From an uncultured Desulfobacter sp. (GTDB lineage: Bacteria > Desulfobacterota > Desulfobacteria > Desulfobacterales > Desulfobacteraceae), in assembly GCA_963665095.1 (NCBI GenBank), contig OY762069.1, positions 5,056,001 through 5,120,000 of the forward strand: a stretch of DNA of 64,000 bases, written 5' to 3'. A model generated the notes under the pieces. It saw nothing but the letters and a program-made list of their open reading frames with translations. It did no database searches and was not told the origin of the DNA. Made by a program: the position numbers and the translations under genes. Positions 30,581-40,547 of the stretch are shown piece after piece (the first letter of the stretch is position 1; each line of letters begins with the position of its first letter).

Positions 30581-31195
30581 TTGTCTTTAAACCGGGCCAA
30601 TATCAGCAACGCTGGCTTTACCCTGATGGAGCTTTTGATCTCAATCAGTGTAATTATGATGATCATGGCGGTCGCAGCAGGCGCCTTTCGACTGGGATTT
30701 AAAGCCGTGGAAAAAGGGGAAACAGCCATTGATGATCAGCAGCGGCTTATTATTGCGGTAAATTACATATCTGACCAGTTACAGGCTGTCTGTCTGGATA
30801 AAAAAGCTTTGTTCCAAGGCTCAAAAGATAGTCTTGTTTTTCAGTCTAAGGTTGTCAGTTCCTATGAAGACCAGTCTTTAAGACAGGTCGAATTCGGGCT
30901 GGCCAAGAAAGAGGGCGATAAAGAGGGGTGTGGTGACGTTCAGGTTTCAACCAAAAAGGCATTTCCGTTGACAGAGGATGAAAAAGAGGCTGATAAAGAG
31001 ACACTGCTTTCTGGCGTAGAATCGTTTTCGATCGCTTATCTTCAGAGTCCTGACCTGGAAAAAGGCTGGCTGGATACCTGGGAAAATGAGATATATTTCC
31101 CCCTGGCAGTTAAAGTTGAATTTATATTTGAGGCACAGCCGGTGACCATACTGGTGAGAATATTGAGGAGATCAAAAAAGCTTGAAAATGCTTAA
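30581..31195 (+). CDS. gspJ: Minor pseudopilin GspJ
   Basis: G|FTLMELLISI; C-terminal W..TW....PLAVKV motif. Confidence 0.85.
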   Translation: MSLNRANISNAGFTLMELLISISVIMMIMAVAAGAFRLGFKAVEKGETAIDDQQRLIIAVNYISDQLQAVCLDKKALFQGSKDSLVFQSKVVSSYEDQSLRQVEFGLAKKEGDKEGCGDVQVSTKKAFPLTEDEKEADKETLLSGVESFSIAYLQSPDLEKGWLDTWENEIYFPLAVKVEFIFEAQPVTILVRILRRSKKLENA

Positions 31196-33701
31196 AAGTG
31201 CTGTAAAAGGAACATCGGATTTCTTGTCCGATATGCCGGGATGGTTTTTCTGGAGTTTTCTGTTCATCCTGACCTGGACCCTGACCCTGACAAAAATTAT
31301 TAACCTGGATTTATGGTGGCACCTGGCCTGCGGGAAATTCTTTGTGGAAAACGGATTCTATCCACCCACAGGGACTTTTACGTTCTCCCCGGTAAATCCA
31401 ACCACATCAAATATTAAAACATGGTTTGGGGATATCGTTTTCTACCTGGTCTATTTTGCAGGGCGTGAAACAGGGCTTCAGGTTTTCAGAGTGGTAATGA
31501 CTGCGGTTCCTTTATGCCTTGCCGCATTGATAGCCAGAAAAAAATATAATTTGTGGCTGGTGGCGTTTGGGCTCCTTCTGATATCCGGAACGCTTCAAAT
31601 GCAACTGTTAAGGAATTCAATATTTATTTTGCTTTTCATGCCTCTGATTATGGGAATCTGGTGGTACATCAAGAAAAAGAATAAGCCTAAATATTATTAT
31701 CTGGTGCTGTTGTATATCCCCATCATGGGGCTTTGGAGCATCATGCACGGATACGCCTTGGTCGGGTGCTACATTGTCTTCATCATTTTTATCGGAGATG
31801 TTCTGGATGGCGTTATTCGGAAGTCTTCACATCGCCTTTTTAAAACAGGCATTTTTCTGGTTGCTGTGGTTTGCATGGCTTTTGTTGTCAATTTAAACCT
31901 TTCATTGGGTTTAAAACACACTGTAGTCTCTTTCTGGGGGAGTCTTTCCGATCATCCGTCACAGGGGACTGAAACAATCAGGCCGGACTCCAAAGATGAG
32001 GCTGGTACGGCAGTTGGAAATTTAATAAAAACTATTGCGGCGAAACCAGAAGTCAAAGATGGCATTCATCCGGGCCAGCTGTTGAAAAATGCGTCAAGAT
32101 TCCTGCTTAAAGGCGGTGATGTCGGTTTTGTCGGGGAGTATGCATATCCATTTGACTATCCGAATCTGCTATTTGTCCGGGCGTTAAAAGTTCTCATTGC
32201 CATTTTTGTTTTGTATCTGGGTGTTGCTGCCTGCTATGCCCCACGACATTTGCGCTTTTCGTTTATTCTTCCATCACTGGCATCCCTACTGATTGGAATG
32301 GGGTATATTCGGACTGTGGGGCTTCCGTTCCTGGTGGCAGGCCCTGTTCTCCTTTCCGGCATAATGGAGATGTCAGCAACTGCCAGGCAGAGTCTGCCAA
32401 AGATGTTTTTAAAAGTCCCTGCGGATTATATCAATGTGGGACTGCTTTCTTTGTTGCTGTTTTTTTTCTGCCTATCCAATTATTTTGTGTTCACAAACAA
32501 TTTTGTCGCATTTACCGGTATCATAAGCGGTGAGCCTGGTTTCGGGCGGGCGGATCGCCACAAAAGCAGAGTACCGGAATATGTTTTAGAACATTATCCC
32601 GATGAAGAGATGTACAACTCGTACAATATTGGTTCTTTGCTGATCTGGGAGTGGTATGGCAAGAAAAAGGTCTTTATTGACGGCAGATCCGTAACTTACA
32701 AAAAGCAGTTTTATGATGACTATAAATATTCTTTTTCCCTGAATTCGTTTGAGAACATGGATATTCGGCATGCCATTCTTGGTATATCTGATGATTTTGA
32801 CTGGTTTGAAAATTATTTAAGGCTGAACTGGGATATTGAGGCCTTTGATACCGGAATGCTGCTGCTCAAAAGGCGTGTAAAAGAAGGGTATGATAATTTC
32901 TATGGAAATGTACCGCAGTTTATAGGCAATATTGATGATTTCAGGCGGTTACAGCGGGACTCCAAAGTCAGGTTCGGTCGATTTGTAAATATCATGGTGA
33001 AGTATATGCTGATTTTTGGCAGACTTGAGGATGCTTCAAAGCTCTATCATTCTCTTGAACCAATTATTAACGCATTGCCCGACGGCATTAACAAAAAGGT
33101 TCTGCACAATAAAAAACGCCTGATGGATGACGTTCAAGAAGAGTTCGGTTTGCAAAACAGAACGGTTCTGGTCGATCTGTTTAAAGAGATTTTCCTGGAT
33201 GATAAGGATGACCGCAGAGACGCCAAACTGGCCAATGAACAGAGTCCTGTGACGATCCATACGGCGTTTGCCAATGCGCATTTCAAGCTGGGAAACAAAA
33301 AGATGGGCGTTGATCACCTGAGCGTTGCTGCTGATTCCGATAAAAATAATGTGATGCTTCAGGTCCGGATCGGGGATTACTTTTATGAAATGAAGGCCCT
33401 TGGACCGGCCATAAAGCATTATAAAAGAGCTGTGGCTCTTGATCCTAAAAGAGTCCATGAGTACAATAAACTTGGTGCGCTTTACTATCAGAAGGGGGAT
33501 TTGAAACTTGCCCGAAGCAGTTTTGGGCAGGCGATTGAAGCAGATCCCAAAGTCATTGCATCCTATATTAATCTTGCCGCGGTATTAATGTCACAGGGTG
33601 AGTTTCGCAACGCCCTGGAAGTCAACAAAAAAGGGTTGGCAGTTGAACCGGAGAATGCCGATCTGCTGGAGATGAAAAAGGATCTTGAGACTAGACAATA
33701 A
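31182..33701 (+). CDS. Polytopic membrane protein with C-terminal TPRs; candidate GT-C glycan transferase
   Basis: DLWWHLACG after TM1, about 10 TM helices, WSIMHG, YNSYNIGSLLIW...VFIDGR periplasmic motifs, 3-4 TPRs at the C-terminus. Confidence 0.6.
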   Translation: MKMLKSAVKGTSDFLSDMPGWFFWSFLFILTWTLTLTKIINLDLWWHLACGKFFVENGFYPPTGTFTFSPVNPTTSNIKTWFGDIVFYLVYFAGRETGLQVFRVVMTAVPLCLAALIARKKYNLWLVAFGLLLISGTLQMQLLRNSIFILLFMPLIMGIWWYIKKKNKPKYYYLVLLYIPIMGLWSIMHGYALVGCYIVFIIFIGDVLDGVIRKSSHRLFKTGIFLVAVVCMAFVVNLNLSLGLKHTVVSFWGSLSDHPSQGTETIRPDSKDEAGTAVGNLIKTIAAKPEVKDGIHPGQLLKNASRFLLKGGDVGFVGEYAYPFDYPNLLFVRALKVLIAIFVLYLGVAACYAPRHLRFSFILPSLASLLIGMGYIRTVGLPFLVAGPVLLSGIMEMSATARQSLPKMFLKVPADYINVGLLSLLLFFFCLSNYFVFTNNFVAFTGIISGEPGFGRADRHKSRVPEYVLEHYPDEEMYNSYNIGSLLIWEWYGKKKVFIDGRSVTYKKQFYDDYKYSFSLNSFENMDIRHAILGISDDFDWFENYLRLNWDIEAFDTGMLLLKRRVKEGYDNFYGNVPQFIGNIDDFRRLQRDSKVRFGRFVNIMVKYMLIFGRLEDASKLYHSLEPIINALPDGINKKVLHNKKRLMDDVQEEFGLQNRTVLVDLFKEIFLDDKDDRRDAKLANEQSPVTIHTAFANAHFKLGNKKMGVDHLSVAADSDKNNVMLQVRIGDYFYEMKALGPAIKHYKRAVALDPKRVHEYNKLGALYYQKGDLKLARSSFGQAIEADPKVIASYINLAAVLMSQGEFRNALEVNKKGLAVEPENADLLEMKKDLETRQ

Positions 33702-34725
33702 AGGCCTTGCCCTGGTATTTGTTCTCTGGGTGCTGGTTTTTCTTTCTGTTGTGGCCGGCAGTTTCAGCTATTCTGCAAGCCGGGCCAGGCGTACTGTTTT
33801 TGCCCAGGGCATCCAGGAAAAGGCCTATTATATCGCTCTTGCAGGATTCAACCGGGCGGTGGCCGCTTACATTCAGTCAAAAAAAGATGAACAACCTGGT
33901 ATATGGCGGATTAATTCCGATATTCCTTCCCAGAAATTCGGGGAGGGTTTTTACCAGGTGTTCATTTCCAATGAAAGCGGTAAAATAAATTTGAATGAAG
34001 CAGAGGCAGATTTGTTCAATATGCTTTTAAGCAAGTCGGATCTGGGTGACCGTGATAAAGCGATGATTGTCAACGCTATTCTTGACTGGCGGGATGAGGA
34101 TGATCTCGTAAGGATTGATAGTGCGGAAAAAGACTATTATTCGGCCCTCCCCAAACCGTATGCGCCTAGGAACGGTGATTTTAAGGCCCCCACGGAGTTG
34201 CTGAAAGTCAGAGGTATCACGGAAGAAGTTTTCAACACGTTTTTTAAAGACAGGATTACGGTTAAAGCAGATGAAAATGACCTGCTTCCGAAAAAATCAT
34301 CAATACAGGAGTACCTTCAGCTTGAGAACAGGGAGACGACCAATGGAATACAGACCTTCCTGACCCTTGAAAAAAGGGATGAGCTTAACCGCGTAGGGAA
34401 ATCGTACGATTATTCGAAAATAAATATCAATGCAGCTTCTCCGGGCATGCTGCTTTCCCTTCCTGGGATGACAGAGGCCCTGGTGAGTCAGGTTATTGAA
34501 TTCAGGAAAGAAAAAGATTTCTCGTCCTTGTCAGAATTTTCAAATATAGTCGGTCCTCAGGTATTTGCAGGGTTACGGCAATACATCTCCCTGGCGTTAA
34601 GCCGGTACTATACCATTTCGTCGGTGGGATGGGTGGCAGGGTCTGATATTATCCAGCGGGTAAGGATGGATATTTGGGTTGATAATCAAAAATATGATGG
34701 GTATAAAGTGGTCCAGCGGTATTAA
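33685..34725 (+). CDS. gspK: Minor pseudopilin GspK
   Basis: G|LALVFVLWV (no Glu5), ESGKINLN, ILDWRDED, ELLKVRG, KININAA. Confidence 0.9.
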   Translation: MRLDNKGLALVFVLWVLVFLSVVAGSFSYSASRARRTVFAQGIQEKAYYIALAGFNRAVAAYIQSKKDEQPGIWRINSDIPSQKFGEGFYQVFISNESGKINLNEAEADLFNMLLSKSDLGDRDKAMIVNAILDWRDEDDLVRIDSAEKDYYSALPKPYAPRNGDFKAPTELLKVRGITEEVFNTFFKDRITVKADENDLLPKKSSIQEYLQLENRETTNGIQTFLTLEKRDELNRVGKSYDYSKININAASPGMLLSLPGMTEALVSQVIEFRKEKDFSSLSEFSNIVGPQVFAGLRQYISLALSRYYTISSVGWVAGSDIIQRVRMDIWVDNQKYDGYKVVQRY

Positions 34726-34758
34726 GCGGCTTCGGCGGCAGGAGGGGTATAGGTAAGC

Positions 34759-35895
34759 GTGTTTTCACAAAACAGCATAGGGGTGGATATTCAGCAAGAG
34801 AGGATATCCATCGGGTGGATTCAAAGTTCGATAAACGGGCTTAGTTTATCCGCTTTTGAAACCTGCGAGCATGACAAAGAGAATAAAGAGGGTACTCTTT
34901 TCCATGTTGATGAACTGATAACCAGATTCATTGATAAGCATTCCATTAAAACATTTGACCTGTATATAGGTATATCCGAAAGAAACTGTTTAATAAAATC
35001 CATTGAAGTTCCTTTATCTGTCCGGGATGAGATTGATTCGCTGTTAGGGTATGAAATTGAAAAATATGTTCCCATACCTGCATCAAAAATTATCTTTGAT
35101 TATCGGATTTTAAAGGAAGATAAGTCCAAAGATACGCTTGACATTCTTTTACAGGCATTTAAGAAAGATGACCTTGCTCCGTTTATCGGTCTGAAGGATT
35201 TTATTCCAGGTGGCATCACCGGCATTATGCTGACGGAATCAGCCATTGAAGAGTATGAGTACTTTCGGACTTCAAAACGTAAATTCCAAATCAGAGGGGT
35301 TGACAGCCAGGCGGATGATTATTTTCAGAAATTAAGGCCCCTGGCACTTGGATTTCAAAAGTTTAATCCAGACAGAGGACGGATAAACTTTTTGCCCCAA
35401 AGGTTCAGAAAGCAGCCCTCCCGTCTTCCCCTTTTAATTTTTATTTCTTTTATAGCCTTGAATATTATTGCATTGTTTGCAATGGGAGCCAGCTATCTGA
35501 TTCAGAACAGTGTTCAGAACAGCCAGCTGGATGGACGGCTTTCCCAATTGAAAGAAAAGCTGGTAAAGGTGGAAACACTTGAAAAGAGGGTGGGAAGCCT
35601 TGAAGCAAGGGAGATGGAAGTCAGGGGTATATTCCAAAACCGCCCATCCATGCTGGAAATATTGACTGAGCTGACCCGAATCATGCCCCCGGATACACAT
35701 CTGAAAGAGTTTGATTTTAAAAAAAATACAATATGGATAAAGGGATACTCCAACCAGGCATCCCGCTTAATTAAAATTTTTGAATCTTCGGGGTTGTTTA
35801 CCAACGCTGAATTTGAAACAAAAATTACCATTGAGAAAGATCATGAGGAAACATTTATAATTAAGATGCGTCTTGAGAAACAAAATGAAAGTTAA
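34759..35895 (+). CDS. gspL: GspL-like protein (PilM-like cytoplasmic domain, TM, PilN-like domain)
   Basis: IGVDI actin-like start, YEIEKYVP, INFLP + TM, LEILTELTRIMP...IKGY. Confidence 0.75.
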   Translation: MFSQNSIGVDIQQERISIGWIQSSINGLSLSAFETCEHDKENKEGTLFHVDELITRFIDKHSIKTFDLYIGISERNCLIKSIEVPLSVRDEIDSLLGYEIEKYVPIPASKIIFDYRILKEDKSKDTLDILLQAFKKDDLAPFIGLKDFIPGGITGIMLTESAIEEYEYFRTSKRKFQIRGVDSQADDYFQKLRPLALGFQKFNPDRGRINFLPQRFRKQPSRLPLLIFISFIALNIIALFAMGASYLIQNSVQNSQLDGRLSQLKEKLVKVETLEKRVGSLEAREMEVRGIFQNRPSMLEILTELTRIMPPDTHLKEFDFKKNTIWIKGYSNQASRLIKIFESSGLFTNAEFETKITIEKDHEETFIIKMRLEKQNES

Positions 35896-36436
35896 TGCCA
35901 TATTGACACGGGAACGGGTAGTCCTGCTGGTGGCAGGCTCCATCGTTCTGCTGGCCGGCCTTCTATACAGGTTTACCCCTGATATCCGATTTTCTTCCCA
36001 TTCCCAAAAACTCAGGCAGGTTGAGAAATACCAGCACCGGGTAGACGGACTGCCTGTACTGGAAGACAGAAATATTTTTTTAACAGGTCAGGTTGAGCGG
36101 GCAAATAATCTTCTTATTTCTGCAGGGTCATTAAAGATTGCAGGGGCAGAAATTCAGAATATGCTGCGGGAAATGGCGGGGCAGGACAATATTTCTTTTA
36201 AAAGCGTCAAGGCATTGAAGGAAGATGTGAAAACGTACGGCTTTGTGTCCGTCATCCCGGTGGGGCTCGCCTTTAAGGCAAACATCCGCCAGTTGAAAGA
36301 TTTTCTTTATAGAATTGAAACATCATCCAAAATGCTTGCTGTCACGGAATTAAGAATCATTAAGCCCGGAAGAGAGGATACTGAAGAGCTGAACGTAATG
36401 ATAACAGTGCAGGGCTATTTTAATGGCAAAAGCTGA
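35885..36436 (+). CDS. gspM: GspM/PilO-like protein
   Basis: LTRERVV + TM, coiled coil, LKDFLYRIE; position after gspL. Confidence 0.75.
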   Translation: MKVNAILTRERVVLLVAGSIVLLAGLLYRFTPDIRFSSHSQKLRQVEKYQHRVDGLPVLEDRNIFLTGQVERANNLLISAGSLKIAGAEIQNMLREMAGQDNISFKSVKALKEDVKTYGFVSVIPVGLAFKANIRQLKDFLYRIETSSKMLAVTELRIIKPGREDTEELNVMITVQGYFNGKS

Positions 36437-36453
36437 GTTTAAGAGGGAGTGAA

Positions 36454-37227
36454 ATGATTTCCAAATTTTGGTGGGTTAATTTTCTGCTTGTGATTACACT
36501 GGTAATTATCGTTGCCGGCATAATCATGATCTGGCAGAACAAAATAGTTTTACCAGGCTCTGATGCCCGGAAAACTGAAAAGCAATGGCCCGAAATATCC
36601 TCTTTTGAACCGCCTGTGAAAGCAAAAGATCAATATGATATGATTGCCGCAAAAAATATGTACAACTCCGCAAGAAAGGAACATATTCTCAAATCAGAAC
36701 CTGAAAAAAGACACCAGGACCCCGTAACACCTGCCAAAAAAGAAGAAAAGCCTAAACAGGCCATTGCTCCGGAGCAGGTGGAAATACTGAATAAGAAAGA
36801 TTTGATCCTTTATGGGGTGATCTTAATGGCGGATTATAGATTTGCCTTTGTCAATGATTTGGACAAAGGGGATAAAGGCGCCCAGATAAAGGTCAAAGAA
36901 ACTGACCGTATCGGCGAGTACGCCATTAAGAAAATTTTTCCGGAGTTTATTATTGTCTCCTATCAGGGCACGTCTTACAGAGTGCCGCTTTTTAAAGAAA
37001 AAGAAGGCAAGAGTACTCAGAAAAAGGTTGCAAAAAACAATGGGCCAGCGCCAAAAGAATTTCCGGAAAAAAAAGGGGCGTCTGATGCTTCTCCCAGGAT
37101 TTTTGACACAAAAGCCAAAAATATGCTGGAGCCGGAGCGGACCGCGTCAAGCAGCAATGATGACGAATACGAGTGGGTAACCCTGAACACACCGTTTGGA
37201 AAAAAGAGGATAAAAAGAAAGAAATGA
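36454..37227 (+). CDS. GspC-like inner-membrane protein
   Basis: N-terminal TM, KNMYNSAR, LILYGV, HR-domain-like VKETDRIG; position before the secretin. Confidence 0.6.
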   Translation: MISKFWWVNFLLVITLVIIVAGIIMIWQNKIVLPGSDARKTEKQWPEISSFEPPVKAKDQYDMIAAKNMYNSARKEHILKSEPEKRHQDPVTPAKKEEKPKQAIAPEQVEILNKKDLILYGVILMADYRFAFVNDLDKGDKGAQIKVKETDRIGEYAIKKIFPEFIIVSYQGTSYRVPLFKEKEGKSTQKKVAKNNGPAPKEFPEKKGASDASPRIFDTKAKNMLEPERTASSSNDDEYEWVTLNTPFGKKRIKRKK

Positions 37228-39536
37228 GCAATAACGGAAAGCGTATCTGTTGGGGAATCTGTCTGGCGGCAATGTTTTTGGTGAGCGGCTGCAGCCTGAT
37301 CAGTGAAAAAAGCGTACCCGAAAGCGAGGCGTATGACTCTGCCTTTCAAACGGAAACAATGACACATAAAGCCGGAACTGATGGGGTGCCTGAGCCTTCA
37401 GTGCCTGAAGAACCTGAGGTCAGCAAGGCGACGGATGAAAAAAAGTTTGTTACAGATAAGCAGATTGAAGCCAGGCTTTATCCCGGGACCCAACCCGGAC
37501 AGGCCGGGCAGAAGACAGTTACGAAGATTCAGAGGCCGGTGCGCCTGAATCAATCCCGGACGGACGGTAACACCAGTCCCGGAAATATTATTCTAAATTT
37601 CGACGAAGCAGACCTTAATGAGGTGATTCGTGCAATTGCGGAGATCCTTAAGCTGAATTATGTTATTGAAACACAGATAGCCGGGAATGTGACCGTCCAT
37701 ACCGCAGGCGGGTTGAATCCGGAGGAGGTTTTTTCCGTATTTTTCCAGCTCCTGGAAGCCAACGGGCTTACAGCGGTTAAAGCTGAAGGGCTTTACCGGA
37801 TTGTCAGGATGGAAGGTGCGTCCAGGCTTCCCATGAATATTCATCTGCGCTCCGATATGTCAGACGTTTCTGCTGGGGAACGGATTATTATTCAGATTAT
37901 CTCCCTGGAACATATTGATGTCCAGGAAATGGTTAAAATCATTGAACCGGTTATGTCAGAGCAGGGAACCATTATCTCCCATGCCAACTCAAACACCTTG
38001 CTGCTTATTGACAAAGGCATCATCGTTTTAAAGGCGTTGAACCTGGTTAAAGTTTTTGATGTCGATACCTTTAAATTGAAAAATCATCGAATCTACCAGG
38101 TCAAATTTACAGACGTGGAAGAGACGGTGTCGCTGATAGAAAGTCTTCGTCAGGCATACGGGGAAACAGACAAAAAACTTTCCCTGATCCCCATTAAAAA
38201 GTTAAATGCCTTTATCGGGGTGAGCCCAGAACCGGCCGCTCTGAAGTGGGTCGCAGACATTCTTGGACAGGTGGATGTCCCAGGATATGACGCTTCCCCG
38301 AAAATCTATGTGTATAAAGTCCAGAACGGGACCTGCGATGAGTTAAGTTCAATTCTGACCAGTGTGTTTTCCAATGCCGCAGCCTCTGCCACCAGCGAGA
38401 AATCATCCAAAAGTGAAAGCGCTAAAATTCAGAACACCAAAAAAGATCAGCCGGATACTGAAACCATCAACCGGTTGCTTAAAGGGGGGAGTTCTAAAAC
38501 CGCAGCGGCGGATGCGTCCGGCTCCGGTACTACAGCAAAGGGGCTGCCTGGGCCCGAAGGCTCAACCGGAAGCGAATCAGCCCCGGCAATGTTGGTAACG
38601 CGCCCGGGTGCTTCAGGAGATACAGCCGGAGCTGATACTTTGAAGGGCACCATTAAAATCACCACAGATACAGTTCGAAACGCTCTGATAGTCGAGGCCT
38701 ATCCATCTGATTATCAGGTTGTGACAAAAATACTTGAGCAGCTAGACGTTCTACCCAGGCAGGTACTGATTGAGGTCACCATTGCCGATATTACATTGAC
38801 GGATACAAACGAACTGGGCATTGACTGGACCAAATATCTTTCATCCCAGGGAATGGGAGGAGATGTTTCCGGCACTATCGGCTCAAGCGGTCTGAATTTC
38901 ACAATCGGCCTGACCGATAAATGGCAGGCAGCCTTATCTGCCATGGCCAGTGAAAACAGAGTCAATATTTTGTCTACGCCGGTAATACTTGCTACGGACA
39001 ACATAGAGGCAAGTATTGATGTCGCCGAGGAAATTCCTGTGGTAAGCACTTCGTATACAACGGTCACAGACGGAAACAATGTCGTGACCAATACCGTACA
39101 ATATCGGGAGACAGGTATTCTGCTGACAGTAACGCCCCATATCAACGACGAGGGCTTTGTGACAATGGAGATCAGCCAGGAGGTGAGTGAAACAGGCGAC
39201 CCGGTGGAAGCCGGCGGAGAAACGTATCAGTCCTTCAGTTCCCGAAATATTGATACCACATTTACAGTCAGCCATCAGCAGACCATTATGATTGGTGGTC
39301 TTATAAGGCAATCCGATACAGGCAACTCCTCCGGGCTGCCCTTTTTATATAAAATTCCGGGATTGAAATGGCTCTTTGGGAGTGATTCGGTTACAACGGC
39401 AAAAACAGAGCTTGCCGTCTTTATCACTCCGTATGTCATCTATTCAATGGAGGATGTTGCCGAAATAACCAGGGAGTTCCGCCAGAGAACCAATAAGGCC
39501 AGAGGAGAGAATAGTTTGAAGGGCACTTCAAACTGA
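37224..39536 (+). CDS. gspD: Secretin GspD with lipoprotein signal
   Basis: Lipobox LVSG|C, LNFDEADL N0 domain, QVLIEV, ILSTP, VTPHIN, IGGLI, IPGLKWLF, ITPYV. ATG 37224 overlaps the previous stop. Confidence 0.93.
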   Translation: MSNNGKRICWGICLAAMFLVSGCSLISEKSVPESEAYDSAFQTETMTHKAGTDGVPEPSVPEEPEVSKATDEKKFVTDKQIEARLYPGTQPGQAGQKTVTKIQRPVRLNQSRTDGNTSPGNIILNFDEADLNEVIRAIAEILKLNYVIETQIAGNVTVHTAGGLNPEEVFSVFFQLLEANGLTAVKAEGLYRIVRMEGASRLPMNIHLRSDMSDVSAGERIIIQIISLEHIDVQEMVKIIEPVMSEQGTIISHANSNTLLLIDKGIIVLKALNLVKVFDVDTFKLKNHRIYQVKFTDVEETVSLIESLRQAYGETDKKLSLIPIKKLNAFIGVSPEPAALKWVADILGQVDVPGYDASPKIYVYKVQNGTCDELSSILTSVFSNAAASATSEKSSKSESAKIQNTKKDQPDTETINRLLKGGSSKTAAADASGSGTTAKGLPGPEGSTGSESAPAMLVTRPGASGDTAGADTLKGTIKITTDTVRNALIVEAYPSDYQVVTKILEQLDVLPRQVLIEVTIADITLTDTNELGIDWTKYLSSQGMGGDVSGTIGSSGLNFTIGLTDKWQAALSAMASENRVNILSTPVILATDNIEASIDVAEEIPVVSTSYTTVTDGNNVVTNTVQYRETGILLTVTPHINDEGFVTMEISQEVSETGDPVEAGGETYQSFSSRNIDTTFTVSHQQTIMIGGLIRQSDTGNSSGLPFLYKIPGLKWLFGSDSVTTAKTELAVFITPYVIYSMEDVAEITREFRQRTNKARGENSLKGTSN

Positions 39537-39632
39537 TTATTGTACATAGATCGTGTACAGGGATGGGAATATGAAAAGGGCCACCACCACTTACAGCCCC
39601 TGAAGGTTAACCAGATCAATACAAAGAATCAC

Positions 39633-40547
39633 ATGGTTCAAATCATGAAACAGCTGCTTTTGGCGATGATCATTTTCATCAGCCTGGTTCCCGCGATACC
39701 TGCGCTGGAAAGTAAAAAAGCGGCTGTTTTTATTTCAGATACCATTAAGCCTTACTTTGAGGCGGTTAAGGGCCTTGAAGCATACTTTGAAAACAAAGAG
39801 GTGATGCTGAAAATAGTCGAGCTTAAGGACCAGGACCAGGCAGAGTTTGATGACATAGGCAGGGATTTGCTGGAGAAGGGATATGTGTACTGGGCAGCCA
39901 TTGGGCCAAAGGCCACGGAGATAATATATGCCTGCCGGCTTCCCGATGTTTCAGCCAGAGTCTACTCCATGGTGCTTGACCCCGAGGTTATCTTGGTAAC
40001 AAAACCGGTAGATTTCTGTGGCGTGAGTCTTCAAATTCCCCCTGTTGCCCAGGCAGAAGAAATAGCCGGCCTTTTTTCCCCGCCTGCCAGAGTTGGGATT
40101 ATTTTTGATCCGGCATACAATCAGGCCTTTACCGCGCAGGCTGTTAAGGCCTTTGAGGCCAGAGGCCGTATTCTGGAACTGTTACCGGTGGCGTCCAGGC
40201 GCGAGGTTCCCTATGTTCTTGCCCAGGGAGTAAAAAAAATAAATCTGCTGTGGATGATCCCGGATCAGACGGTAATCAGTGAAAGCATTATCCAGTATAT
40301 CATTAAACAGGCCATGCAACAGGGTATCGGGGTTATCGGGTATAATCGGTATTTTTTGAACCAGGGGGCTGTAGCCGCTTTTGTTATTGATTATGAAAAG
40401 GTAGGGGGGCAGACCGGAGAAATCTTGGAGAAAATAATGGATTACGGCAGCTGCAAATCATCAGACCCCTTGTTTGTTTTAAATGTGAATTCCAGGCTGA
40501 TGAAAATTCTGGGATTGGGAAAAAGTGATTCGAATAGGGAACCATGA
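39633..40547 (+). CDS. Periplasmic ABC-type substrate-binding-like protein
   Basis: Signal peptide, AIGPKA, GIIFDP, LWMIPD, G..AA..IDY..VG motifs; no ABC permease nearby. ORF open from 39540. Confidence 0.7.
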   Translation: MVQIMKQLLLAMIIFISLVPAIPALESKKAAVFISDTIKPYFEAVKGLEAYFENKEVMLKIVELKDQDQAEFDDIGRDLLEKGYVYWAAIGPKATEIIYACRLPDVSARVYSMVLDPEVILVTKPVDFCGVSLQIPPVAQAEEIAGLFSPPARVGIIFDPAYNQAFTAQAVKAFEARGRILELLPVASRREVPYVLAQGVKKINLLWMIPDQTVISESIIQYIIKQAMQQGIGVIGYNRYFLNQGAVAAFVIDYEKVGGQTGEILEKIMDYGSCKSSDPLFVLNVNSRLMKILGLGKSDSNREP

